The notes under the pieces are model-generated. The model worked only from the letters and a program-made list of their open reading frames with translations. It ran no database searches and was not told the DNA's origin. DNA of 64,000 bases from Candidatus Poribacteria bacterium (GTDB taxonomy: Bacteria; Poribacteria; WGA-4E; WGA-3G), in the NCBI GenBank assembly GCA_022821725.1, contig JAJEDB010000018.1, positions 30,467 to 94,466 on the forward strand, given 5' to 3'. Numbering within the stretch: position 1 is the stretch's first letter; every line of letters begins with the position of its first letter. This document shows, piece after piece, positions 1-7,622 of this stretch. A program made the position numbers and the translations under genes.

Positions 1-1190
1 TGTTCAATGTCGCCATCCTGTTGATCACCGTCAAGAATAAAGAGGGTGTTTTGCAGTTGACCGAATTTGTCTAAAGCCCGGGCGTGCATCGGAAACTCGC
101 TTGCCCCGGTATCACGTCCGATGTGGATGGACTCCCACTTAATTCTTTGATTGGATAACAACAAATCAAACACACCTTTTAAAATTCCCTCAGCGATTTC
201 ATCTTCACAGAGCAGTTTCAAGACTTCACTGGAGCGCCCATAAAGCGCGTTCTGAATCACGTCTCGATATGGAAGACGGACGACAATTTTGCCTGACTCC
301 TCGTCTCGATCAAGAAAAATGCGACCGCGGGCGGGGACTGCGTCAAGAACAACTGGACTGTGAGAAGTGACGATGATCTGGAGATCGTTCCGCAGTGCTA
401 ATTGCTGCAGATGCAACATGAGCAGTTGCTGCACCCAAGGATGTAGTCCAGCTTCCACTTCGTCAATCAGAACCAGGGCCCCTTCCAGCTGTGCTATCTC
501 TTTTGACAACTGCAGAATCGCACGCTCCCCAGCCGCCATGTGTAGTTCTGAGTAAGCAGCACCGCCTTCTTGGGCAGCAAACAAGAGATTCTTATTTCCG
601 CTGGACAGATTAACAACTTCCGAATACCTGAAAGGGAGCATCTGATGTGCAAACGCAATTTGTGAAGGAGTTAAGGGGGTCTCTTCCGGTTCAGATTTCA
701 GACGCGACATGCTGAGAACCCCACGCACTTCTGATGGATTGCTCAGATTGCTCAGCGTTCTGAGATAGACCTGTCGCTCCGGTTGACTTGCATTCTGACG
801 ACCCAGGAAGCTCCGACTCCACCCCTTGGCACGCCGCCATCGCATAGAACGCATGCCTTCTGGGGTCTGATAGTTGAATTCCAGCGTTATTCTTTGTAGG
901 CTATCCTGACGGTCCCCGAGTTTAGGACTATAATATGGGAAAAGTGTGGACGGAACGAAATCCTTAGGGCCTGCTCCCGGCACTTTATAGGCGCACGCAG
1001 CTGTAAAAAGCACTGTTGATTTCCCAGTCGCATTTCCCCCGGCAATGACACTCACTGGATAATCAAACAGCACCCGCAAATCGTCAAGTCCACGAAGTCC
1101 ATCTAAGTAAATCTCCGATAGAAAATGCGGTAGATGTGGTTTTTTCCCTTGTAAGCTGTCCCAGAGTCCTTCTAAGCGTCTCTCAATCAT
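1..1190 (-). CDS. OLD-family-like ABC/AAA ATPase with C-terminal TOPRIM-like region (3' end cut by window edge)
   Basis: Absent from the ORF track because it runs off the left edge. Reverse-strand translation from ATG (complement of 1188-1190) stays open to base 1: MIERRLEGLWDSLQ... Motifs: Walker A GGNATGKST, signature-like AAGERA, Walker B LVLIDEVEAGLHP, H-loop TSHSP, then LLCEDEIAEGIL and LFILDGDQ (Glu plus DxD, TOPRIM-like). Confidence 0.75.
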   Translation of the reverse strand, partial: MIERRLEGLWDSLQGKKPHLPHFLSEIYLDGLRGLDDLRVLFDYPVSVIAGGNATGKSTVLFTAACAYKVPGAGPKDFVPSTLFPYYSPKLGDRQDSLQRITLEFNYQTPEGMRSMRWRRAKGWSRSFLGRQNASQPERQVYLRTLSNLSNPSEVRGVLSMSRLKSEPEETPLTPSQIAFAHQMLPFRYSEVVNLSSGNKNLLFAAQEGGAAYSELHMAAGERAILQLSKEIAQLEGALVLIDEVEAGLHPWVQQLLMLHLQQLALRNDLQIIVTSHSPVVLDAVPARGRIFLDRDEESGKIVVRLPYRDVIQNALYGRSSEVLKLLCEDEIAEGILKGVFDLLLSNQRIKWESIHIGRDTGASEFPMHARALDKFGQLQNTLFILDGDQQDGDIE

Positions 1191-1284
1191 AAGTTATCCC
1201 CTTCGTGCAAGTGCCTTTCTTTTCTTTAATCCTGGGCATATTACCGTCTCGATCTCAACCAGAAGTTACGACTCTGGCTGTATC

Positions 1285-2826
1285 TTAATCCACTTTTTCT
1301 GATTTCAGACTCGTCAAGGCAGTCTTCCCTTTATGCGTCAGGCGGTATTTCTGTAGGCGACTATTGGGTTTATCTGGCAGTGTATATTCAATCATCTGGT
1401 CAGCTAAGAGCGTCCGCACAACCTTATTCAGGGGGCCAGAGATTGCCCTTTGCCCTAAGTTTCTGGACAATTCAGATTTTTGCATTGGACCCTTGGCAAG
1501 TAAGTTTAGTACTCTCGACTTGAGTTCTCTGGGCTGTGACTCTGGTTGTGACTCTGGTTGTGACTCTGGCTGTGACTCTGGCTGTGACTCTGGCTGCACC
1601 TTGATCGGCTCCGGAGGTGTAGCACGCCAGATCGTTGTCTTAAATCCACTGATGTCAGTGAATTCCGGTTCGCGTAAGTTAGCATCCCCGCATCGACGGA
1701 TCATGTCTAACGTTCCTGTCCCCATCTCTTCAATGTATTGAGTGAGGTATAAGGACCGAGCAAGCAATCGGTTGTTGGGTACCGATGGGTGCGTGTCTCG
1801 CAGTTGTTCCAGAGTCAAGGAGGGTGGCAGTCTGCCAGGATTCAATATCTCAAGCCGATCTGAGAAGAGCATCACTTGGACGCTGGCATTACTGGTATAG
1901 TCCCGATGTGCTACGGCGTTGACGATCGCCTCCCTTACAACTTCTTTCGGGATCTCATAGCTAACAGGGGCTTGCACGCTTTCTGCGCGTGTCCCTACCG
2001 ACAGGGCGATCTTGCTAAGCACAAAATCCACGGCTTGATCGACGAGTTGAAATGCTGTGCCCTTGTAGATTTGGTAGGACGGGATGGGTTTCGCAACCTC
2101 TGTTCCATGGAAGTGCGCGCATTTAACCTCCGAGGAAATTAGAAACTGCTGTGGTGCTTTCCCAAATGCCAGCACTGCCGCGTTGGTTGGGCGTCCATCG
2201 TTTAGCAGATTGAGATGAACCAATAACTCTTCGGTTGATACACCTTCAGTTAGCGGAAACTCCCTGGCACTCCGTGCCGTTCGGATAAACCAGCCCATCT
2301 GATCGGTGTCAAGATCATCCAACGATGCTTTTGAACAGGGTGCCGCATCAAAAGGTTCAGAACGGACGAGGTCTTGATTGTCTAAGTATTCGACTAACGC
2401 TGCGTAGAGTGCCGTTATTAACTCTTCCGACGTGTTGAATCGTTTTCGGATGAGTCCGGCTTGTGCCTTACGAATAAGTGCTTGCATCTTCGGTTGCCGA
2501 GCGCTGTCATCTGTCCCTTTTACAAAAATCAGACGATGGATACCGGAAGTGGTTGCCTGATCGAACTCCCGTTCTGTCGGTGATATTCCCTCTGCATCCT
2601 CCGATCCGTAGTCGTTACCGAACAATCCCACATAGACATCCGACTGCTTAACCTCATCCAAATAGAGGTCATCCGGACGACGATCTAATGCCGGAACGTC
2701 TTCAAACAGAAAAACATCAAAGAACCGTCGCATCAACGGATCACTGAGTAGATAGGTGCGTAGTGCCGCGCGTTCCTGCGCTAATTCTCTTTGAACACTG
2801 CTGATAAAAATACGGATAGGGTTCAT
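1285..2826 (-). CDS. DUF4062-type N-domain fused to HATPase_c_4-type putative DNA-binding module and wHTH-like tail
   Basis: 513-aa ORF. N-terminus IFISSVQRELAQER..VYVGLFGNDYG..SPTEREF is DUF4062-like. The C-terminal half has EVVREAIVNAVAHRDYTSN..LEILNPGRLP..YIEEMGTGTLDMIR, typical of the RecG-like/'ATP-binding' regulator family. A PESQ x5 linker separates it from the tail. Confidence 0.8.
   Translation of the reverse strand: MNPIRIFISSVQRELAQERAALRTYLLSDPLMRRFFDVFLFEDVPALDRRPDDLYLDEVKQSDVYVGLFGNDYGSEDAEGISPTEREFDQATTSGIHRLIFVKGTDDSARQPKMQALIRKAQAGLIRKRFNTSEELITALYAALVEYLDNQDLVRSEPFDAAPCSKASLDDLDTDQMGWFIRTARSAREFPLTEGVSTEELLVHLNLLNDGRPTNAAVLAFGKAPQQFLISSEVKCAHFHGTEVAKPIPSYQIYKGTAFQLVDQAVDFVLSKIALSVGTRAESVQAPVSYEIPKEVVREAIVNAVAHRDYTSNASVQVMLFSDRLEILNPGRLPPSLTLEQLRDTHPSVPNNRLLARSLYLTQYIEEMGTGTLDMIRRCGDANLREPEFTDISGFKTTIWRATPPEPIKVQPESQPESQPESQPESQPESQPRELKSRVLNLLAKGPMQKSELSRNLGQRAISGPLNKVVRTLLADQMIEYTLPDKPNSRLQKYRLTHKGKTALTSLKSEKVD
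1535..1594. repeat. 12-nt tandem repeat x5 (TGTGACTCTGGY) encoding PESQ x5
   Basis: Five head-to-tail 12-nt units read directly in the sequence, in frame inside CDS 1285..2826. Confidence 0.9.
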
Positions 2827-2906
2827 TGTTCAGTTCTTACCTTCTGGTATAGCGCTAGTTCGACTTATGATGGATTATGAATGTAAGTGGACATTCGAGG
2901 TTAATT

Positions 2907-2976
2907 GACATAGCACTCCGCTGGAGTGCAGCTTAATGACACTCAATATTCTATAGACATATCGCTCCGCTGGAGC
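2907..2976 (-). repeat. Two units of hairpin + ATATGTCTATAGAA family (inverted orientation)
   Basis: The reverse complement reads GCTCCAGCGGAGC-GATATGTCTATAGAAT and GCACTCCAGCGGAGTGC-TATGTC. Same family as 3181-3259 and 9516-9595. Confidence 0.8.
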
Positions 2977-3180
2977 AAGGAGACCGATTTTTTAGACTAC
3001 CACTTTCAAATCTTGCATGTATATTAGGGCTTACACATTTCCTCTTAAAGTCCCCTTGATAAGGGGGATTTAGGGGGTTAGATAAGACGAAATAACGAGT
3101 TTTGAGCGAAATATATTCTTTTTTTGTTCAATTTGCGTAAGTTCTGTATGTGTTTATGCGTCTGTTGGATGCTCCCTCCT

Positions 3181-3259
3181 CACGCCGAAGGCGTGATATG
3201 TCTATAGAAAATCGTATCGACGCCACCGCACTCCAGCGGAGTGCTATGTCTATAGAAAA
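3181..3259 (+). repeat. Two units of hairpin + ATATGTCTATAGAAAA family
   Basis: CACGCC-GAA-GGCGTG + ATATGTCTATAGAAAA, then GCACTCC-AGC-GGAGTGC + TATGTCTATAGAAAA. Confidence 0.85.
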
Positions 3260-3308
3260 CAGTAAATCCTGATTCAGGCAAAAGGCACAGCAAACACCAA
3301 GCATCCCC

Positions 3309-3356
3309 AATCCGCGTTAATCCGTATCATCCGTGCAAATCCGCGATTCAGACAAC
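3309..3356 (+). repeat. ATCCGYG...ATTCAGACAA repeat family copy overlapping the hsdS 3' end
   Basis: AATCCGCGTTAATCCGTATCATCCGTGCAAATCCGCGATTCAGACAA. Related copies at 33178-33230 and 61966-62070. Confidence 0.7.
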
Positions 3357-4468
3357 CGCACCCGCCCCGTGAGAAGCTGCTGCATCATCCCCTGTTTGAT
3401 GGCGCGTGTCTTGTCCCTTCGCTGCTCCAACGCCGCAATCTCGGCATCTATATCAGAGAGGACAGAGGCGATGGCGCGTTGTTCTGCTATATCCGTCGGT
3501 ATGGAAAAAGAAAAATTCTTGAAGGTTGGCAGACGTAATGAATCAACGGTTGCCTTTACTGTATTTTGCATAGCATGGCTACCAAATTGCAAAACCATGA
3601 TATAATAGACCAACTTACCATAAACGTCTTTCACAAACCGGTTGATCATATAGACGCGCTGATGACAGTCGAAACGACCATTGATGTAATGAAAAATGCT
3701 CTCAATTCCGCCTTCACCGGGAACAAGAATTGCCTCACCGTCATAGCAATAACTATTAATTCGTTCAACAATTGGCGATCGAACGAAAAAAGAATATTGC
3801 CCATCCTCCACTTTGTCTTCGTTGTTTCGACCGCCCGTTTTGATATGGGCAATCTCCCCCAACCGCTTTGTCTCCCACACCCCACTAAACCCCGGCAGGC
3901 GCGTCTTACCCGTCAGCAGTTGCTGCATAGTGGCTTGCTTAATCGCCTGCTTCTTGGCGATGAGTGCCTCCAACGCATTGATCAACCTATCCACATCTGA
4001 TAATGCTTCGGCAATGGCGCGTTGTTCTTTCTCATCGTCAGGGACGCGAAGTCGAAATTGTCCAACTTGTTCCGAGTTTGCCGCGGTAAATGTGCTACCT
4101 TGTTCTAAAGATTGCCATCGATCTTCTGCATGAACCAAAGCGTGGAATAGAAAACTTGAGTTTCCAAAAGGTTTCAGTCCGCATACCCCACGTCCAATAC
4201 ATGCGTTCTTACTCGCAACGGCGACAGCACCAACAGGCGCGCGGACGGTAAGTATTAGGTCCCCTAAATTACAACGTTTGTTCCCTTTGGTGGTCCATAC
4301 GCGTTCTATTGTCTTTCGGGATTCAATATCGGCATTCCCTTGAATTAACGGCAGTCCTTCACCACGTGAATTGTAAAATATTGAAGATGGCGATTGCCCC
4401 ATTGTAATAATTGCAAGATCAGAAAGCGGTTTTTCAGACCACTTTCCGCTAAAGCATGGATTGACCAT
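3317..4468 (-). CDS. hsdS: Type I restriction-modification specificity subunit HsdS
   Basis: 383 aa with two TRD halves, each followed by a conserved helix (AIAEALSDVDRLINALEALIAKKQAIKQATMQQLLTGKTRL and AIASVLSDIDAEIAALEQRRDKTRAIKQGMMQQLLTGRVRL). The ATG lies 1 nt after the hsdM stop. Confidence 0.9.
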   Translation of the reverse strand: MVNPCFSGKWSEKPLSDLAIITMGQSPSSIFYNSRGEGLPLIQGNADIESRKTIERVWTTKGNKRCNLGDLILTVRAPVGAVAVASKNACIGRGVCGLKPFGNSSFLFHALVHAEDRWQSLEQGSTFTAANSEQVGQFRLRVPDDEKEQRAIAEALSDVDRLINALEALIAKKQAIKQATMQQLLTGKTRLPGFSGVWETKRLGEIAHIKTGGRNNEDKVEDGQYSFFVRSPIVERINSYCYDGEAILVPGEGGIESIFHYINGRFDCHQRVYMINRFVKDVYGKLVYYIMVLQFGSHAMQNTVKATVDSLRLPTFKNFSFSIPTDIAEQRAIASVLSDIDAEIAALEQRRDKTRAIKQGMMQQLLTGRVRLSESRICTDDTD

Positions 4469-4469
4469 A

Positions 4470-6920
4470 TCACGCCACCCTCATTTTCCGCAAATGCGCC
4501 TCAACCTTTTCACTAAACGCCTCCACCTCTTGTGCCAACTCAGGCAACGGATCTGCGTAGCGTTCCTCCAATTCCTTTACACGTTCCGTAAGTGCTTGGG
4601 TCAACCGCTGGACTTCCCCATCAATTGCTGCATGAATACTGGCGAACCATTTATCCGCAACCACAAGTATCTTGATGTCATCCGCAGTGAGCATAGCATA
4701 GCGCGCCAGCACCTGTTCATCGAGCGCGAGTTGCGCATCTTTTACTGTTTTGTCCGCTTTCGATTTTGCATCGAGTAGCGATAGGCAGTGCTCAAGGGCA
4801 TCCCGTTCATCGTCGTTGTCTTGCATCTCGTGGAGGGTTAGCATATCGGGAGTAAGTGTCTTGAGACGTGCCTTCACACTGCTGGCGGTGATACTGCCAC
4901 TATTGTTAGTTGCATCTGTGAGCAATCCTTCATCACCGGTGTGTTCCTCGATGTATTCGTCTAATGCACTCACAGCCGCCGCTTGCCTCGCTTGCAACAT
5001 CTCAATAGCTTCCTGCTCAGCCGCGAAATAGCGTGCAACGATCAACGCAGGCGGAATCAGGTCCATCTTATATTTCTTTTTCTTGATGACAAGGTCAGGT
5101 GTCTCCTGCACCTGTCTGTCCTGAATCACTTCGCGCGGTTTCGCAGCTGCAACCCATCCGTCCGCAGCGATGAGATAAACGTCGTCCTGCATCACCGCGT
5201 CCCAATAGTCCATCAGTTTCTGATAGACATCATAAGCGTCGAGCAGGGGCAGCCCTGTGAACTGCTCTAACAGATCCTCTGAGAGCGTTTGAACGATTTC
5301 CCTCGGAGAAGCGTCAACCGCAATACCTGTCAGGAGCGGTTCGTGTGTCTCGCTCCACGCCTGACAGACAGTATCGACCTGCTGTTGGTAGGCGTTGAAT
5401 TCGGGATGCGTGAGGATAGTCGTTTTTACGTGCTGTGTTTCTACGAGCGGATCGCTGTAACCGGGTCTACCGTTACCTTTGAAGAGTGTGTCGCGGAGTG
5501 TTGGAAAGACCCTCCAATAGTCGTTGAGTGCGTCGATATCGGTATCAGGAATGCCTCCGTTGAGGTGTGCGCCGAGGTCGTGCACGTCTTCGGGTTCACT
5601 TGCATCAATATAACGTGGGATATTCAGGTTATAGGCGTTCGCGAGGTCAGCGATTTCGGAGAGGGACACCATGCGCGAGTAGCGCGGTAATTCTGTCTGT
5701 TCATTGAAAACCGAAACGATTTTATGGATGTCCTGGGCGCGGAGTCGGTTTTTGTTACCATCCTTGAGGAACCCTTTACTTGCATCAATCATAAAGATAC
5801 CAGTGCGATGTGCGGCGTTCTCCTTGTCAATCACGAGGATACAGGCAGGGATCCCAGTGCCGTAGAACAGATTCGCAGGTAGACCGATGACCCCCTTGAT
5901 ATAACCGCGTCGGATAATCTCTTTGCGGATGTCTGCCTCTCTGTTGCCGCGGAATAGCACGCCATGGGGTAAGATGATAGCACCTTTGCCCCTGCTTTTG
6001 AGCGAGGTGATGAAGTGGAGCAAAAAGGCGTAATCGCCATTTTTCGCGGGCGGAACCCCGTATTCAAAACGGTTGTAAACGTCGTTCTCAGGGGTGAGTC
6101 CGTTGGTCCACGCTTTATCCGAGAAAGGTGGATTGGCGACAGCGAAATCGAAGGTTCTGAGCCTATCACTATCTGTGAAATCGGGTGCAGCAAGCGTGTT
6201 CCCGTGTCGTAAATCAGCCGTGGCGTTGTCGTGGAGGATCATGTTCATACAGGCGAGTGCGTATGTTGCATTGTCTTTTTCCTGTCCGTAGATACTCAAC
6301 CCACGCGGTGCGGCATCGGCAGCCCGGAGCAGGAGTGAGCCGGAGCCGCACGCAGGATCGTAAATCGTTTCATCCTGCGAAGTGTCGGGACCGATACCGA
6401 TCACCTGTGCCATGATGCGGGAGACCTCAGCCGGTGTATAGAACTGTCCTTTGCTCTTACCGGATTCAGTGGCGAAGTGCTGCATGAGGTATTCGTAAGC
6501 ATCGCCTAAGAGGTCGTCGCCTTCCACCCGATTGGCTCGGAAATCGAGGCTCTCGAAGATAGCGACGAGTTTTGAGAGCCGATCTTGCATCTCTTTGCCG
6601 CTGCCGAGTTTGCTGTCGTCGTTGAAATCCGCCTGATCGATGATGCCTTTGAGGTCGTTCTCCTCGGCGAGTCTTCCGATGATTTTGTTAAGCTTATCTC
6701 CGATATCTTTATCGCCCTTGAGGGTGACCATATCGGCGAATCCACCGCCTTCGGGGACGAAGATAAGCGAATCTGGATCGCTGGCGGCTTTGTCGGAAAC
6801 GTATTTCATGAAGAGGAGTGTCAGGATGTAATCTTTGTATTGGGAGGCATCCATCCCGCCGCGAAGTTCGTCGCAGCTTTGCCAAAGCGATGCATAGAGT
6901 TGTGATTTCTTTATCGCCAT
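4470..6920 (-). CDS. hsdM: Type I restriction-modification N6-adenine DNA methyltransferase subunit HsdM (long form, ~330-aa C-terminal extension)
   Basis: 816 aa. N-terminus LWQSCDELRGGMDASQYKDYILTLLFMKYVSD. SAM motif YDPACGSGSLL. Catalytic motif FAVANPPFS. Confidence 0.95.
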   Translation of the reverse strand: MAIKKSQLYASLWQSCDELRGGMDASQYKDYILTLLFMKYVSDKAASDPDSLIFVPEGGGFADMVTLKGDKDIGDKLNKIIGRLAEENDLKGIIDQADFNDDSKLGSGKEMQDRLSKLVAIFESLDFRANRVEGDDLLGDAYEYLMQHFATESGKSKGQFYTPAEVSRIMAQVIGIGPDTSQDETIYDPACGSGSLLLRAADAAPRGLSIYGQEKDNATYALACMNMILHDNATADLRHGNTLAAPDFTDSDRLRTFDFAVANPPFSDKAWTNGLTPENDVYNRFEYGVPPAKNGDYAFLLHFITSLKSRGKGAIILPHGVLFRGNREADIRKEIIRRGYIKGVIGLPANLFYGTGIPACILVIDKENAAHRTGIFMIDASKGFLKDGNKNRLRAQDIHKIVSVFNEQTELPRYSRMVSLSEIADLANAYNLNIPRYIDASEPEDVHDLGAHLNGGIPDTDIDALNDYWRVFPTLRDTLFKGNGRPGYSDPLVETQHVKTTILTHPEFNAYQQQVDTVCQAWSETHEPLLTGIAVDASPREIVQTLSEDLLEQFTGLPLLDAYDVYQKLMDYWDAVMQDDVYLIAADGWVAAAKPREVIQDRQVQETPDLVIKKKKYKMDLIPPALIVARYFAAEQEAIEMLQARQAAAVSALDEYIEEHTGDEGLLTDATNNSGSITASSVKARLKTLTPDMLTLHEMQDNDDERDALEHCLSLLDAKSKADKTVKDAQLALDEQVLARYAMLTADDIKILVVADKWFASIHAAIDGEVQRLTQALTERVKELEERYADPLPELAQEVEAFSEKVEAHLRKMRVA

Positions 6921-7103
6921 ATTTGAATCCTTTCTTGGGGTATTGAGGGAAGTATACCAAAGGCGACTGATTAAGTCAACAGGTTTAGGAGGGTGTTAGG
7001 GAGTCATTCAGTTTTCGGTTTTCTGATTGTTTTGGGCAGAGTATCGCGACCGGGAGGTCGCTCCTACAGCAGAGTCGTGTATGATTATCTCTGCCCGTCT
7101 TTT

Positions 7104-7418
7104 TTAGAGGTTTAGCCATTGACGCACAGCATCTTCAACTGTGGATAATTGCGCAGGCTGAAGATTTCCCAATTTTCTCAAGAACTTTGCTTCTGATACT
7201 GTGACCAAACTTTGTGCATCGAAAACACCGGTATCCAGAAATCTCGTTTTTATAGGGATTTCAAATCTTGAACCACGCGCGCTCGTTGTATGCGTGACAA
7301 CGGTGACGAGCGCGCGATCTTGGAGACGAGCAGAGATGCTAATGACGAGGCAAGGTCTGACCTTGGCTACCATTCCGAGATCAACTAACCAGACTTCCCC
7401 TCGATTTTGCTTCGGCAT
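7104..7418 (-). CDS. PemK/MazF-family type II toxin
   Basis: MPKQNRGEVWLVDLGMVAKVRPCLVISI..VTVVTHTTSARGSRFEIPI. I start it at the internal ATG (7418), which has a GGAG upstream, rather than at the longest ORF start (7463). Confidence 0.8.
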   Translation of the reverse strand: MPKQNRGEVWLVDLGMVAKVRPCLVISISARLQDRALVTVVTHTTSARGSRFEIPIKTRFLDTGVFDAQSLVTVSEAKFLRKLGNLQPAQLSTVEDAVRQWLNL

Positions 7419-7602
7419 CCTCTGTCTCCATTTTGTCGTGTTCAGCGAAAAGTGCGTCAGCAATTTCCGTGAGTGCCTCGTCTGTCAAGGGTGGAATCTC
7501 CAGCAAAGCTACTTGCTTTATGATTTCAGAGGCGATCGCATGTTTTTCAATCTCAGGAAGTTGATTGAATGCTTCTAATATGTTCTGTGAGGTTGCATGC
7601 AT
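7381..7602 (-). CDS. Putative antitoxin (small acidic protein upstream of and overlapping the MazF-like gene)
   Basis: ATG at 7602 has GGAGG 6 nt upstream; the ORF-track start at 7629 is TTG. The gene overlaps the toxin start by 38 nt. I do not recognise a MazE/AbrB motif. Confidence 0.55.
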   Translation of the reverse strand: MHATSQNILEAFNQLPEIEKHAIASEIIKQVALLEIPPLTDEALTEIADALFAEHDKMETEDAEAKSRGSLVS

Positions 7603-7622
7603 CCGGGACCTCCATAAATCCG

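Noticed and set aside
367-555. 62-aa plus-strand ORF, the only ORF-track entry in the first 1.2 kb
   Set aside because: It is antisense to the edge-truncated OLD-like ATPase gene, whose Walker A/B and H-loop motifs read cleanly on the minus strand. Its translation is Cys/Ser-rich nonsense.
2907-3259. Possible CRISPR array made of the hairpin + ATGTCTATAGAAAA units (also at 9516-9595)
   Set aside because: Each locus has only two units, the 'repeat' stems differ in sequence, the spacers are irregular (about 16-20 nt, or about 200 nt between the inverted pairs), and no cas genes are nearby. I classify it as an interspersed REP-like family.
3566-4133. Antisense ORFs inside hsdS and hsdM (3566..4000, 3813..4133, 5289..5690, 5831..6193 and others)
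   Set aside because: They lie entirely within, and opposite to, well-supported R-M genes. They have low-complexity or Arg/Ser/Cys-rich translations and no SD or motifs.
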